A stretch of DNA of 64,000 nucleotides from positions 96,001 through 160,000 of the forward strand of contig OZ243037.1 in assembly GCA_965212015.1 (NCBI GenBank), written 5' to 3'. A program made the position numbers and the translations under genes. The DNA comes from Cenarchaeum sp. Its GTDB lineage: Archaea; Thermoproteota; Nitrososphaeria; Nitrososphaerales; Nitrosopumilaceae. Below are positions 19,635-28,264 of this stretch, piece after piece (the stretch's first letter is position 1; each line of letters opens with the position of its first letter). The notes beneath the pieces are model-generated. The model was not told the origin of the DNA. It made no database searches and saw only the letters and a list, made by a program, of their open reading frames with translations.

Positions 19635-20534
19635 CTATCTCAGGATTTTTCTCAGGCCCGCGCACCTGTTCCTGATTGTCACCTCAGTGACGCCGGATGC
19701 GCGTGAAATCTCTTTTTGCGACTTTTGCTCCCCGTTGCTTATGCAGGCCAGGTACAGCGCGGCTGCGGCGATTCCCATGGGATCCTTTCCCGCAATGATG
19801 CCGAGCTTTTTTGCCTTGTCAAGAATGCCGACTGCCTTTCGCTTTGTCTTTTCGCTCAGCTTGGCGACGCTTGCTATCCGGGATACGCCCGTGACGGGAT
19901 CGACTACCGGTATCTTTAGATCCAGCTCCCTGAAGATCAGGCGGTAGCACCTTGCAACGTCCTTTTTGCTGATGTTCATCGCGCCTGCGACGTCGTCCAG
20001 GGTTCTTGGCGCACTGGCGTTCCTGCACGCGGCATACATGCATGCGGCCACGAGGCCGTATATCGATCTGCCGCGCGTCAGCTTTTTCTCGACGGACTTG
20101 CGGTACATGTATGCGGCATTCTCCACTATCGCGTCTGCAAGGGCGAGCTTGTCCTTTAGCTTTGCCATCTCGCTGAGGGCGTGGCGCAGGTTCTTGTCGA
20201 CAGACGAGTATGCCTGGGTCCTGCTGTCCCAAGTCCTTAGCCGCAGAATGGATGTCTTCATGTTTGCAGAAAGCGGCTTGCCAGAGGAATCCTTGTTTGC
20301 CGCACCGATGACAGTGGAGAGGCCCATGTCGTGCATCCTCAGCGACGTGCCGGCGCCGGTTCGGGCCCTGCCTGAGTCGTCGCCTGAAAACGAGCGCCAT
20401 TCGGCGCCGGTCTCTTCTAGCTTGTCGCTGGCAACAAAGCCGCAGACGGCGCAAAACACCTCGCCTGTGCTCTCGTCTGTTATCATTTTCTGCCTCCCGC
20501 CCGTGCATCTGTGGGCAGGCGCCGGTTGGTTCAT
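19635..20534 (-). CDS. tfb: Transcription initiation factor IIB (TFB paralogue)
   Basis: TGEVFCAVCG, EWRSF, HDMGLST, RGRS, GKDPMGIAAAALY, GVTEVTIRNR. Confidence 0.93.
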   Translation of the reverse strand: MNQPAPAHRCTGGRQKMITDESTGEVFCAVCGFVASDKLEETGAEWRSFSGDDSGRARTGAGTSLRMHDMGLSTVIGAANKDSSGKPLSANMKTSILRLRTWDSRTQAYSSVDKNLRHALSEMAKLKDKLALADAIVENAAYMYRKSVEKKLTRGRSIYGLVAACMYAACRNASAPRTLDDVAGAMNISKKDVARCYRLIFRELDLKIPVVDPVTGVSRIASVAKLSEKTKRKAVGILDKAKKLGIIAGKDPMGIAAAALYLACISNGEQKSQKEISRASGVTEVTIRNRCAGLRKILR

Positions 20535-20705
20535 GCACTGCTGTGTGGCTCGGGTGTTATTAATTTTTGAGCACAGTCGTGGCCGAATCCCGCACAGGAC
20601 GCCTCCGGCTTTGCCCCGCAGGCGGGCCTGCCAAACCGGACGCCGGAAGGCGCCTGAATGCCGTGATCTGCAATGTACATAAGGCCGGCGCCGCAAGGTG
20701 CAGCA

Positions 20706-23192
20706 ATGAATGCCAGGCCCACAAACTATCTGCTAGAGTTCGAGCCGGATCTTGAGGGCTTTGTATTCCGGGGCAGGGAGACCATAACCATAACGTGCGA
20801 CAGGCCCACGTCCGTCCTGAGCCTGCATGCGGCGGAGCTGAGGATAACAAAGTCATCAGTCACAGTCGGCGGAAAAACACACACAGTCAAAACCGCACTT
20901 GATGCAAAGTCCGAAACACTGCGCGTGACGCTTGGAAGAAAGATCAGAGGCCGGATTCTGCTGCACCTAGAGTTTTCCGGAACACTAAACGACAGGCTGC
21001 TGGGGTTCTATCGCAGCAAGTACAGGTACAAAAACAAGACCAAGTACCTTGCCACGACGCAGTTCGAGGCCGCAGACGCGCGAAGGGCGTTTCCGTGCTG
21101 GGACGAGCCGGATGCCAAGGCCACCTTTGACATATCGGTAATCACTCGCGGCAGAAACACCGCGCTATCCAACATGCCGGCAGTGTCCAAAAAAAGGACG
21201 GCCGGCGGGACCCTTTACACGTTTGCAAGGACGCCGGTAATGTCCACGTATCTGGTCTATCTCGGAGTGGGCGAGTTTGAGTTTTTGCGCGGGCGGCGCG
21301 GCAAGATAACGGTCCGGGTCGTCACCACCAGGGGAAACAAGTCAAGGGGAAGGTATGCACTGGAGCTGGGCAAAAAGCTCATAGGCGAGTACGAGGACTA
21401 TTTCGGCATAAAATACCCGCTTCCAAAGCTGGACCTGATTGCGATACCGGACTTTGCCGCCGGCGCCATGGAGAACTGGGGGGCGATAACGTTCCGTGAG
21501 ACCATACTCTTGTATGATCCGCAGACGTCCTCCACCGGGACAAAGCAGCTCATAGCAGAGGTCATATCGCACGAGATTGCGCACCAGTGGTTTGGAAACC
21601 TGGTGACCATGAAGTGGTGGAACGACCTGTGGCTCAACGAGAGCTTTGCCACGTTTATGGCGACAAAGTTCGTAGACCGGTTTTATCCGGACTGGGACAT
21701 GTGGGATCAGTTCATCGAGGACGCCATGAACACGGCGATGAACCTTGATGCGTTAAAGTCGACGCACCCGATCGACGTCAATGTAAGGGAACCCTCGGAG
21801 ATCCGGGAGATCTTTGATGCCATCTCGTACGACAAGGGCGGATGCATACTGCGGATGCTTGAGAACTTTGTGACAGAGGCCGGCTTTAAGAGGGGCCTCA
21901 GGCGGTATCTCAAAAAATTCAAGTACAAAAACGCTAGGGGGGCGGATTTGTGGGACGCCATCGGCCGCGTAGCCGGCCTTGATGTAAAGTCAATTATTGA
22001 CACGTGGATAGGGCAGGCGGGCTATCCCGTACTGGAGGCAAAAAGGCGCGGCTCCCGGCTAAAGCTCGAGCAGAGGCGATTTTTCTCAGAGCAGACAGGA
22101 ACTATTCCAAGACAGAGGTGGTCAATACCCGTCTCTGTACGGTCCGGTGGCACGCGCCACAAAAAGCTCCTGACGGGACGCGCCGGCACGATGCCGCTTG
22201 GGGGCCGAGACTATACCGTGAATGACGGCAGGCACGGGTTTTACCGGGTAAAGTACGACAGGGACGCGCTCTTGGATCTAAAGTATGCGGTGAGGAGAAA
22301 GACCATGCCGCACGCAGACAGGTGGGCAGTACAAAACGACCTGTATGCCCTGTGCATTGCCGGAGAGGAGTCACTGCGCAGGTATCTTGATTTTTCAGAG
22401 GCGTACGCAGGCGAGACGAACTATCTTGTGAGCACGAACGTGGCTCGCAACCTGCACTCGCTGCAGTTTCGGACGCACGGCGAGCCGTATGCCGGTGAGA
22501 TAGGGGATCGCACGCGCCGGCATTTTGAGGGGATCTTTGGGAGGCTTGGATGGGACGCGCAAAGAGGCGAGAGGCACACCGATGCGCTGCTGCGCGGCTT
22601 TGCGATAACCGTGCTGGGCAAGCTCGGCGATTCGGCCGTCATTGCAGAGGCCGAGTCCAGGTTCAAGGAATTCCTAAAGAACCCCGGCTCGCTGTCTGCG
22701 GATCTCAGGGAGTCCGTGTACGGCCTTGTCGCATGGAACGGCGGCGCAAGGACGCACGCAAGGCTGGTCTCGCTGTACCGGAATGCCGACAGCCAGGAGG
22801 AAAAGATGCGCCTCCTTGGCGCGCTGTGCTCGTTTAAGGACGAAAAGCTGCTGCTAAGGACGCTTGAGTTTTCGCAGACCGACGAGGTGCGCTCGCAAAA
22901 CATGCAGCTGCCAATAATGCGTATTGCCGCAAATCCGTACGGCAGAAAAATCCTCTGGCCGTGGCTCAAAAGGAACTGGAAAAAAATCGGAAAAAAAATT
23001 GGCCACGGAAACCCGCTGCTCAACAGGATAGTGGCAAGCCTGTCGCTGGTGGCAGACCGTAACATGGAAGGACAGATAAGGCGGTTTTTTTCAGACAATC
23101 CCGCCCCGGGAACCGAGCGTACGCTGGAGCAGACGCTAGAGAGGGTCAGGATAAACGGCGACTTTCTTGACAGGGCAAGAAGGGAGTTTTAA
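20706..23192 (+). CDS. M1-family (puromycin-sensitive/tricorn F2-F3-like) aminopeptidase
   Basis: TQFEAADARRAFPCWDEP, GAMENWG, HEIAHQWFG..LWLNE, SYDKG. Confidence 0.95.
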   Translation: MNARPTNYLLEFEPDLEGFVFRGRETITITCDRPTSVLSLHAAELRITKSSVTVGGKTHTVKTALDAKSETLRVTLGRKIRGRILLHLEFSGTLNDRLLGFYRSKYRYKNKTKYLATTQFEAADARRAFPCWDEPDAKATFDISVITRGRNTALSNMPAVSKKRTAGGTLYTFARTPVMSTYLVYLGVGEFEFLRGRRGKITVRVVTTRGNKSRGRYALELGKKLIGEYEDYFGIKYPLPKLDLIAIPDFAAGAMENWGAITFRETILLYDPQTSSTGTKQLIAEVISHEIAHQWFGNLVTMKWWNDLWLNESFATFMATKFVDRFYPDWDMWDQFIEDAMNTAMNLDALKSTHPIDVNVREPSEIREIFDAISYDKGGCILRMLENFVTEAGFKRGLRRYLKKFKYKNARGADLWDAIGRVAGLDVKSIIDTWIGQAGYPVLEAKRRGSRLKLEQRRFFSEQTGTIPRQRWSIPVSVRSGGTRHKKLLTGRAGTMPLGGRDYTVNDGRHGFYRVKYDRDALLDLKYAVRRKTMPHADRWAVQNDLYALCIAGEESLRRYLDFSEAYAGETNYLVSTNVARNLHSLQFRTHGEPYAGEIGDRTRRHFEGIFGRLGWDAQRGERHTDALLRGFAITVLGKLGDSAVIAEAESRFKEFLKNPGSLSADLRESVYGLVAWNGGARTHARLVSLYRNADSQEEKMRLLGALCSFKDEKLLLRTLEFSQTDEVRSQNMQLPIMRIAANPYGRKILWPWLKRNWKKIGKKIGHGNPLLNRIVASLSLVADRNMEGQIRRFFSDNPAPGTERTLEQTLERVRINGDFLDRARREF

Positions 23193-23194
23193 TA

Positions 23195-23599
23195 TTGGAC
23201 AAGAGAATAGTTGCGGTGGCTGTGATAGCGGCAGCTGCGGCAGTACTGCTGCTGGCAAGCCCCGCCTCCATGCACGACGAGCTGTCCGAGACGTTTACAA
23301 TAAAGGGAACATTCCACGAGTCAAGGGGCCAAGTCGAGATTTACTATGAGGATGCATCACAGGAGACCAAAAGCGCGGTGCTCGAGGTGCTCGGAATGGG
23401 CGAGTCATTTCAGAGAGTCTATAATGCGAGCCGGTTTACAGAGACGGTACGGTTTGAGGCAGTTCCGGAATACGGATGGAAGGTAAACCCGATAACCCTG
23501 GTAATAGAGCACGGAAAATACGGCACCATAAACGCAAAGACAGAAATTCACTCCCCCGGCGAGCAGGTCCCGCCGGTAATCTTTGGCATTGCCAGATAG
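23195..23599 (+). CDS. Hypothetical secreted/membrane-anchored protein
   Basis: N-terminal hydrophobic helix; directly follows the peptidase gene. Confidence 0.7.
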   Translation: MDKRIVAVAVIAAAAAVLLLASPASMHDELSETFTIKGTFHESRGQVEIYYEDASQETKSAVLEVLGMGESFQRVYNASRFTETVRFEAVPEYGWKVNPITLVIEHGKYGTINAKTEIHSPGEQVPPVIFGIAR

Positions 23600-23699
23600 C
23601 CGCCCGCCGGGCCGCCAAAAAAAATGCCCGGGACGCATCGTATGGAATCTTGGACAGCTCAGAGATCATGTGAACATAGACCGGGCAGGATCCGATGCG

Positions 23700-23914
23700 G
23701 GCGATCTATAACTACCGACATTGTCAGGTATTCGGATGCGGAAAAGGCGACACTTGATTTTATCTGTGTGTGGCAGTACAGCAGCGTTCTGCCAGAAAAG
23801 ATACTGATGGACGTATCTGGGTGGTCTGAGAAGGCCTCAAGGACGAAGATCAGGCGTTATTTGACAAGATATCCAAAGTCGGTGGGAAGAATGGTGGAGA
23901 GGATGTACAAGTGA
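23700..23914 (+). pseudogene. Possible C-terminal remnant of an AbiEi-like antitoxin
   Basis: VRYSDAEKATLDF..W.Y...EKILMDVS.W....SRTKIRRY...YPKSV resembles the (Y)SD.EKT.LD motif of type IV antitoxins; no wHTH part. Confidence 0.4.
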
Positions 23915-24774
23915 GAAAAGCTGTAATGGATGAGATATCAAGTGTATGCTCATCAAGATCCAGTGGGCCATGGCATTATTGGGATTTCTGCCATACGTGA
24001 TCTTGCACAGGACCACGCCATGTCATCGTTCCGGATGTGTCTGTCTGCCTCAATTATAGATATTCTGTACTTGAGATCTTTGTTTTATGTATGGAACTAT
24101 TTGTTTTCCACACTGTGCTTTAGGCTTACACAAGATGCGCGTGTTTGTCTTGATCCTGACATTTCTTCTCAATACGTGCACATTTGTCGTGATGATACTT
24201 GGGACTCTAAGGCACGATTACTGCCCGTCGATCTGATCAGAAAAGATATCGATTAAAATATCAGACTAGATATAATTTCAGAAACCTAATGGATATTCTA
24301 GCGAACAATATCCTTTAATTGTGAATTAATTTGCCAAGCTTCGACATTTGTAACGTCCATCAGAGTATGTACAGCCGAAATTCCTCCCGCCAGATGCTTT
24401 ATGATGACTATTCCACCATATTCATTTTATTATGATAATACCACAGTTGCTTATATAATCATGTGGTTTTATCATAATAAAATAGAGCAATATTATACAA
24501 TCTTTGGACACGAATTGGCATCGCCCACCAATTCCTCTTTCTGACGCCACGCACGTCACATTATGAGGCATACCATCTTGACTATTGCCAGCCGGCAATA
24601 TTTGCGGGCCGGCTCCTTTTCACGCCATGACCCTTGTGGCGGATTCCCATGCAGCGTCTGGCCATGCATCCAAAATCGCCCTGCCGAACCATGAAAAGAC
24701 CCGTGCCCGGCCGGTGCCTGCCGTGCGGCCATGCAAGATACAAGATTTTATTGTAGGAAAAACCACCCTACACA

Positions 24775-25692
24775 TTGACACTCCTTTCTGAGCTGAAAAA
24801 GGGCAGGCGCGGTGCCATAGCAAGGGCCATCTCGATAATAGAAAATAATCCCGCCGAGACCCGAAAGATACTCCGGACCGTCTTTGGGGGCTCTGGCCGG
24901 GCCGTCATAATAGGCATCACCGGCCCCGCCGGTGCAGGCAAGAGCTCCCTTATCAACAAGGCCGTAGTGGAGCTAAAAAAACTGGGCACAAGGCCGGCCG
25001 TGCTTGCAATTGATCCGACCAGCCACGTGACTGGCGGCGCGATACTTGGCGACAGGGTAAGGATGACAGAGTCGACTGACTCGGGGACGTACATCCGCAG
25101 CGTCGCCTCCCGGGGGGCCACCGGGGCCGTGTCGAGATCAATACGAAACACCACAAGGGTGCTGGAATACGCCGGCTTTGATCCGATAATAATCGAGAGC
25201 GTCGGCGCGGGGCAGACAGAAGTCGCAATATCGGACATTGCAGATGTAACCGTGGTGGTATTCAACCCGCACACCGGAGACGGCATCCAGGCAATAAAGG
25301 CCGGACTGACTGAGATTGGCGACATGTATGTGATCAACAAGAGCGACCTGGACGGTGCAGCACAGCTGTTCGACGTGGTGCAGGAATTCATCGGAACGTC
25401 GGGCAAAAAACCGGCAGTCCTCAGGACGTCGGCGAGAAAGAACACGGGGATAAAGGCGTTTGCAAAAAAACTCGTCGAGCTCGCAAAGCTAAAGGCCGGC
25501 GGCAAAAAGGACGCCGAGGACTCGCGCCTCGAGTCGGAGCTGAGGGGAATCATACTTGAAAACATGAAGGACAGAGTTGACGCCGTGCTGGAATCCAGCA
25601 AGTCGTATTCGCGCAACCTCAAAAAGATGCAGGCAGGCAAGATGGATCCCTACGAGGCCGCACAAGCAATCACAAAGAGCCTGGTGATCTAG
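24775..25692 (+). CDS. meaB: MeaB/ArgK GTPase chaperone of methylmalonyl-CoA mutase
   Basis: GITGPAGAGKS, LAIDPTS..TGGAILGDRVRM, ESVGAGQTE, INKSD. Confidence 0.93.
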   Translation: MTLLSELKKGRRGAIARAISIIENNPAETRKILRTVFGGSGRAVIIGITGPAGAGKSSLINKAVVELKKLGTRPAVLAIDPTSHVTGGAILGDRVRMTESTDSGTYIRSVASRGATGAVSRSIRNTTRVLEYAGFDPIIIESVGAGQTEVAISDIADVTVVVFNPHTGDGIQAIKAGLTEIGDMYVINKSDLDGAAQLFDVVQEFIGTSGKKPAVLRTSARKNTGIKAFAKKLVELAKLKAGGKKDAEDSRLESELRGIILENMKDRVDAVLESSKSYSRNLKKMQAGKMDPYEAAQAITKSLVI

Positions 25693-27267
25693 ATGGCGGG
25701 GGCAAAAAAAGAAATCGTCACCGACTCCAACATTGCAGTAAGGCGGTTCTACCAGAAACCGCCGGGCAAAAAAGAAGAGCCGGGCAAGTATCCGTACACC
25801 AGGGGAATTCACGCCGGGATGTACCGCGAGCGCCTCTGGACGATGCGGCAGTACTCCGGCTTTGGCGACGCAAAGCTGACAAACAGGCGCTTCAAGTTCA
25901 TGCTGGAAAAGGGCCAGACCGGCCTTAGCATGGCCTTTGATCTTCCGACACAGATTGGCCACGACCCCGACGCCCCACAGGCCGAGGGCGAGGTGGGCAA
26001 GGTAGGCGTTTCCATTGCGTCAGTCCAGGACATGATGACTGCCTTTGAGGGCATTCCGCTTGGCACGGTGAGCAGCTCGATGACCATAAACTCTACTGCG
26101 TCGACTCTTTTGGCATACTATATAGCGGTGGGCAAGTCGCAGGGATTCTCAAGTAAGCAGCTGCGCGGAACCACGCAAAACGACATACTAAAGGAGTACA
26201 TTGCAAGAAACACGTACATCTATCCCCCGCGCCCCTCGATGAGGCTAGTCGGCGACATGATAGGGTACTGCGCAAGGCACGTCCCGCAGTGGTATCCTGT
26301 CTCGATATCCGGATACCACATGCGCGAGGCAGGCTCCACTGCCACGCAGGAGGTGGCCTTTACCATTGCAAATGCGATCGCCTACATACAGACGTGCCTG
26401 GACCAGGGCCTAAAGATAGACGACTTTGCGCCAAGGCTGTCGTTCTTTTTTTGCTGCACGATCGAGTTCTTTGAGGAGGCCGCAAAGTTCAGGGTGGCAA
26501 GAAGGGTGTATGCGAAAATACTCAAGGAAATGTTCCACGCCAAAAACCCAAAGTCCATGCAGTTAAAGTTCCACACGCAGACTAGCGGCGAGTCCCTTAC
26601 TGCGCAGCAGCCTGACAACAACATTGCCCGTGTGGCCATCCAGTCGATGGCAGCCGTGCTGGGCGGGACGCAGTCGCTTCACACAAACTCGCGTGATGAG
26701 GCCCTCGCGCTGCCCACGCAGGAATCCGCAAAGATTGCGCTCAGAACGCAGCAGATCGTGGCGCACGAAAGCGGCATAACAAAGACAGTCGACCCGCTTG
26801 CGGGCTCGCATTACGTGGAGTATCTGTGCGACGAGATAGAAGACGGCGTGTGGAAGTATCTTACAAAGATTGAAAAGATGGGCGGATCCATCCGGGCCAT
26901 AGAAAAGGGCTTTTTCCAGTCCGAGATAAGGCAGAACGCCTATAGGCTGAAAAAGGAGGCCGACGACGGCCAGAGAATCCTGGTGGGCGTAAACAAGTTT
27001 GCAGAGAAAAATGAAAAGCGCCCGGAGCTGCTGCGAATCGACGGCAGGATAGAGGCGCAGCAAAACAGGGCGCTCAAAAAGCTCAGGGCGTCGCGCGACA
27101 AAAAGAAACACGCAGACGCGCTATCCCGATTACAGTCGGCAGCAGAGACGCAGGAGAACCTGATGCCGCCAATACTCGATGCGGTGATGGCGCGCGCCAC
27201 CACAGGCGAGATTAGCAACGCGCTGAGGGACGTCTTTGGCCAGTACAGCCCGAAGGAGGTGTTCTAG
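25693..27267 (+). CDS. Methylmalonyl-CoA mutase large (catalytic) subunit
   Basis: YPYTRGI, WTMRQYSGFG, AFDLPTQIG, QNDILKEY, ISGYHMREAG, TQSLHTNS.DEA. Confidence 0.95.
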   Translation: MAGAKKEIVTDSNIAVRRFYQKPPGKKEEPGKYPYTRGIHAGMYRERLWTMRQYSGFGDAKLTNRRFKFMLEKGQTGLSMAFDLPTQIGHDPDAPQAEGEVGKVGVSIASVQDMMTAFEGIPLGTVSSSMTINSTASTLLAYYIAVGKSQGFSSKQLRGTTQNDILKEYIARNTYIYPPRPSMRLVGDMIGYCARHVPQWYPVSISGYHMREAGSTATQEVAFTIANAIAYIQTCLDQGLKIDDFAPRLSFFFCCTIEFFEEAAKFRVARRVYAKILKEMFHAKNPKSMQLKFHTQTSGESLTAQQPDNNIARVAIQSMAAVLGGTQSLHTNSRDEALALPTQESAKIALRTQQIVAHESGITKTVDPLAGSHYVEYLCDEIEDGVWKYLTKIEKMGGSIRAIEKGFFQSEIRQNAYRLKKEADDGQRILVGVNKFAEKNEKRPELLRIDGRIEAQQNRALKKLRASRDKKKHADALSRLQSAAETQENLMPPILDAVMARATTGEISNALRDVFGQYSPKEVF

Positions 27268-27663
27268 GTGAGAATCGACCACGTTGCAATCGCCGTGCGC
27301 GACGTAGAGTCTGCCGCAAAAAGATACCAGCAGGCCCTCGGAGTAGAACGCATAGAGTACGAGGATATAGAGTCAGAGGGCGTAAGGGTGGCCATACTGC
27401 GCCTTGAGAACTGCCGGATAGAGCTCATACAGCCCACAGACGCAGGCGGACCCATAGCTAGGTTCCTTGAGAAAAAAGGCGAGGGACTCCACCACATGGC
27501 GCTAGAGACTGACGACATCGAGGGGGAGGTGGCGCGCATGGAGGGCTGCGGAATACAGTTCCTCGGCAGGGTACGCCCCGGCTCTGAGGGAACAAGGATC
27601 ACGTTTGTGCACCCAAAGTCGTTGCACGGCGTCCTGACTGAGCTGTGCTCGCACCCGAAATGA
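27268..27663 (+). CDS. mce: Methylmalonyl-CoA epimerase
   Basis: IDHVAIAV, GEGLHHMA, FVHPKS.HGVLTEL; operon context. Confidence 0.92.
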   Translation: MRIDHVAIAVRDVESAAKRYQQALGVERIEYEDIESEGVRVAILRLENCRIELIQPTDAGGPIARFLEKKGEGLHHMALETDDIEGEVARMEGCGIQFLGRVRPGSEGTRITFVHPKSLHGVLTELCSHPK

Positions 27664-28230
27664 TCACGTCTCAATCATCCTCAGCGTGTCTGACGCGGTG
27701 ATAATCCCGACTATTTTCGAGTTTCTGGAGACCAGTATGCATTTTGTAAACCTGATGAGCGTGACTAGCGCGCCGGCCGGCGTGTCATAGTCGACAATCG
27801 GCGGGGCCGGTTCCATTGCGTGCTCCAGCCTCGTCCTCTCCAGCCCCTCCTTGCCGGGTCTTGCCAGATAGCTTACGATTCCGTCCTCTGTGATTACGCC
27901 GACGGGCGTCTTTTTGTCAAAGACCGGAATCTGGCTTATCGAATGCCTTTGAAGCTGCGTGATGGCGTGGTGAAGCGTGCTTGACGGGCCCAGCTTTATT
28001 ATACTCTTGCTGCAAAAGTCGCCTGCCTTGTGGGCCGACGACCTGCCCTCGAGTGCGGCCATGCTGTCAAATATCCTCTTTGCCGTCTCGTATCCGGGCT
28101 TGCTGCGCCCGGACTCTATCTGGTTTATCATTGAAGTGCTGACCTGCGCCATCTCTGCCAACTTTTTTTGCGTAATGCCTAGCCTTTTTCTTACCTGTTT
28201 TATAGAGTCGATTCTTGGAAGCAACCGCAT
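27664..28230 (-). CDS. XRE-HTH plus CBS-pair transcriptional regulator
   Basis: RKRLGITQKKLA..INQIESG; ISQIPV; VGIIT.SD. Confidence 0.9.
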   Translation of the reverse strand: MRLLPRIDSIKQVRKRLGITQKKLAEMAQVSTSMINQIESGRSKPGYETAKRIFDSMAALEGRSSAHKAGDFCSKSIIKLGPSSTLHHAITQLQRHSISQIPVFDKKTPVGVITEDGIVSYLARPGKEGLERTRLEHAMEPAPPIVDYDTPAGALVTLIRFTKCILVSRNSKIVGIITASDTLRMIET

Positions 28231-28264
28231 CCCAAGGGTGCGCTACGGCTTTAAACCATGAGAA

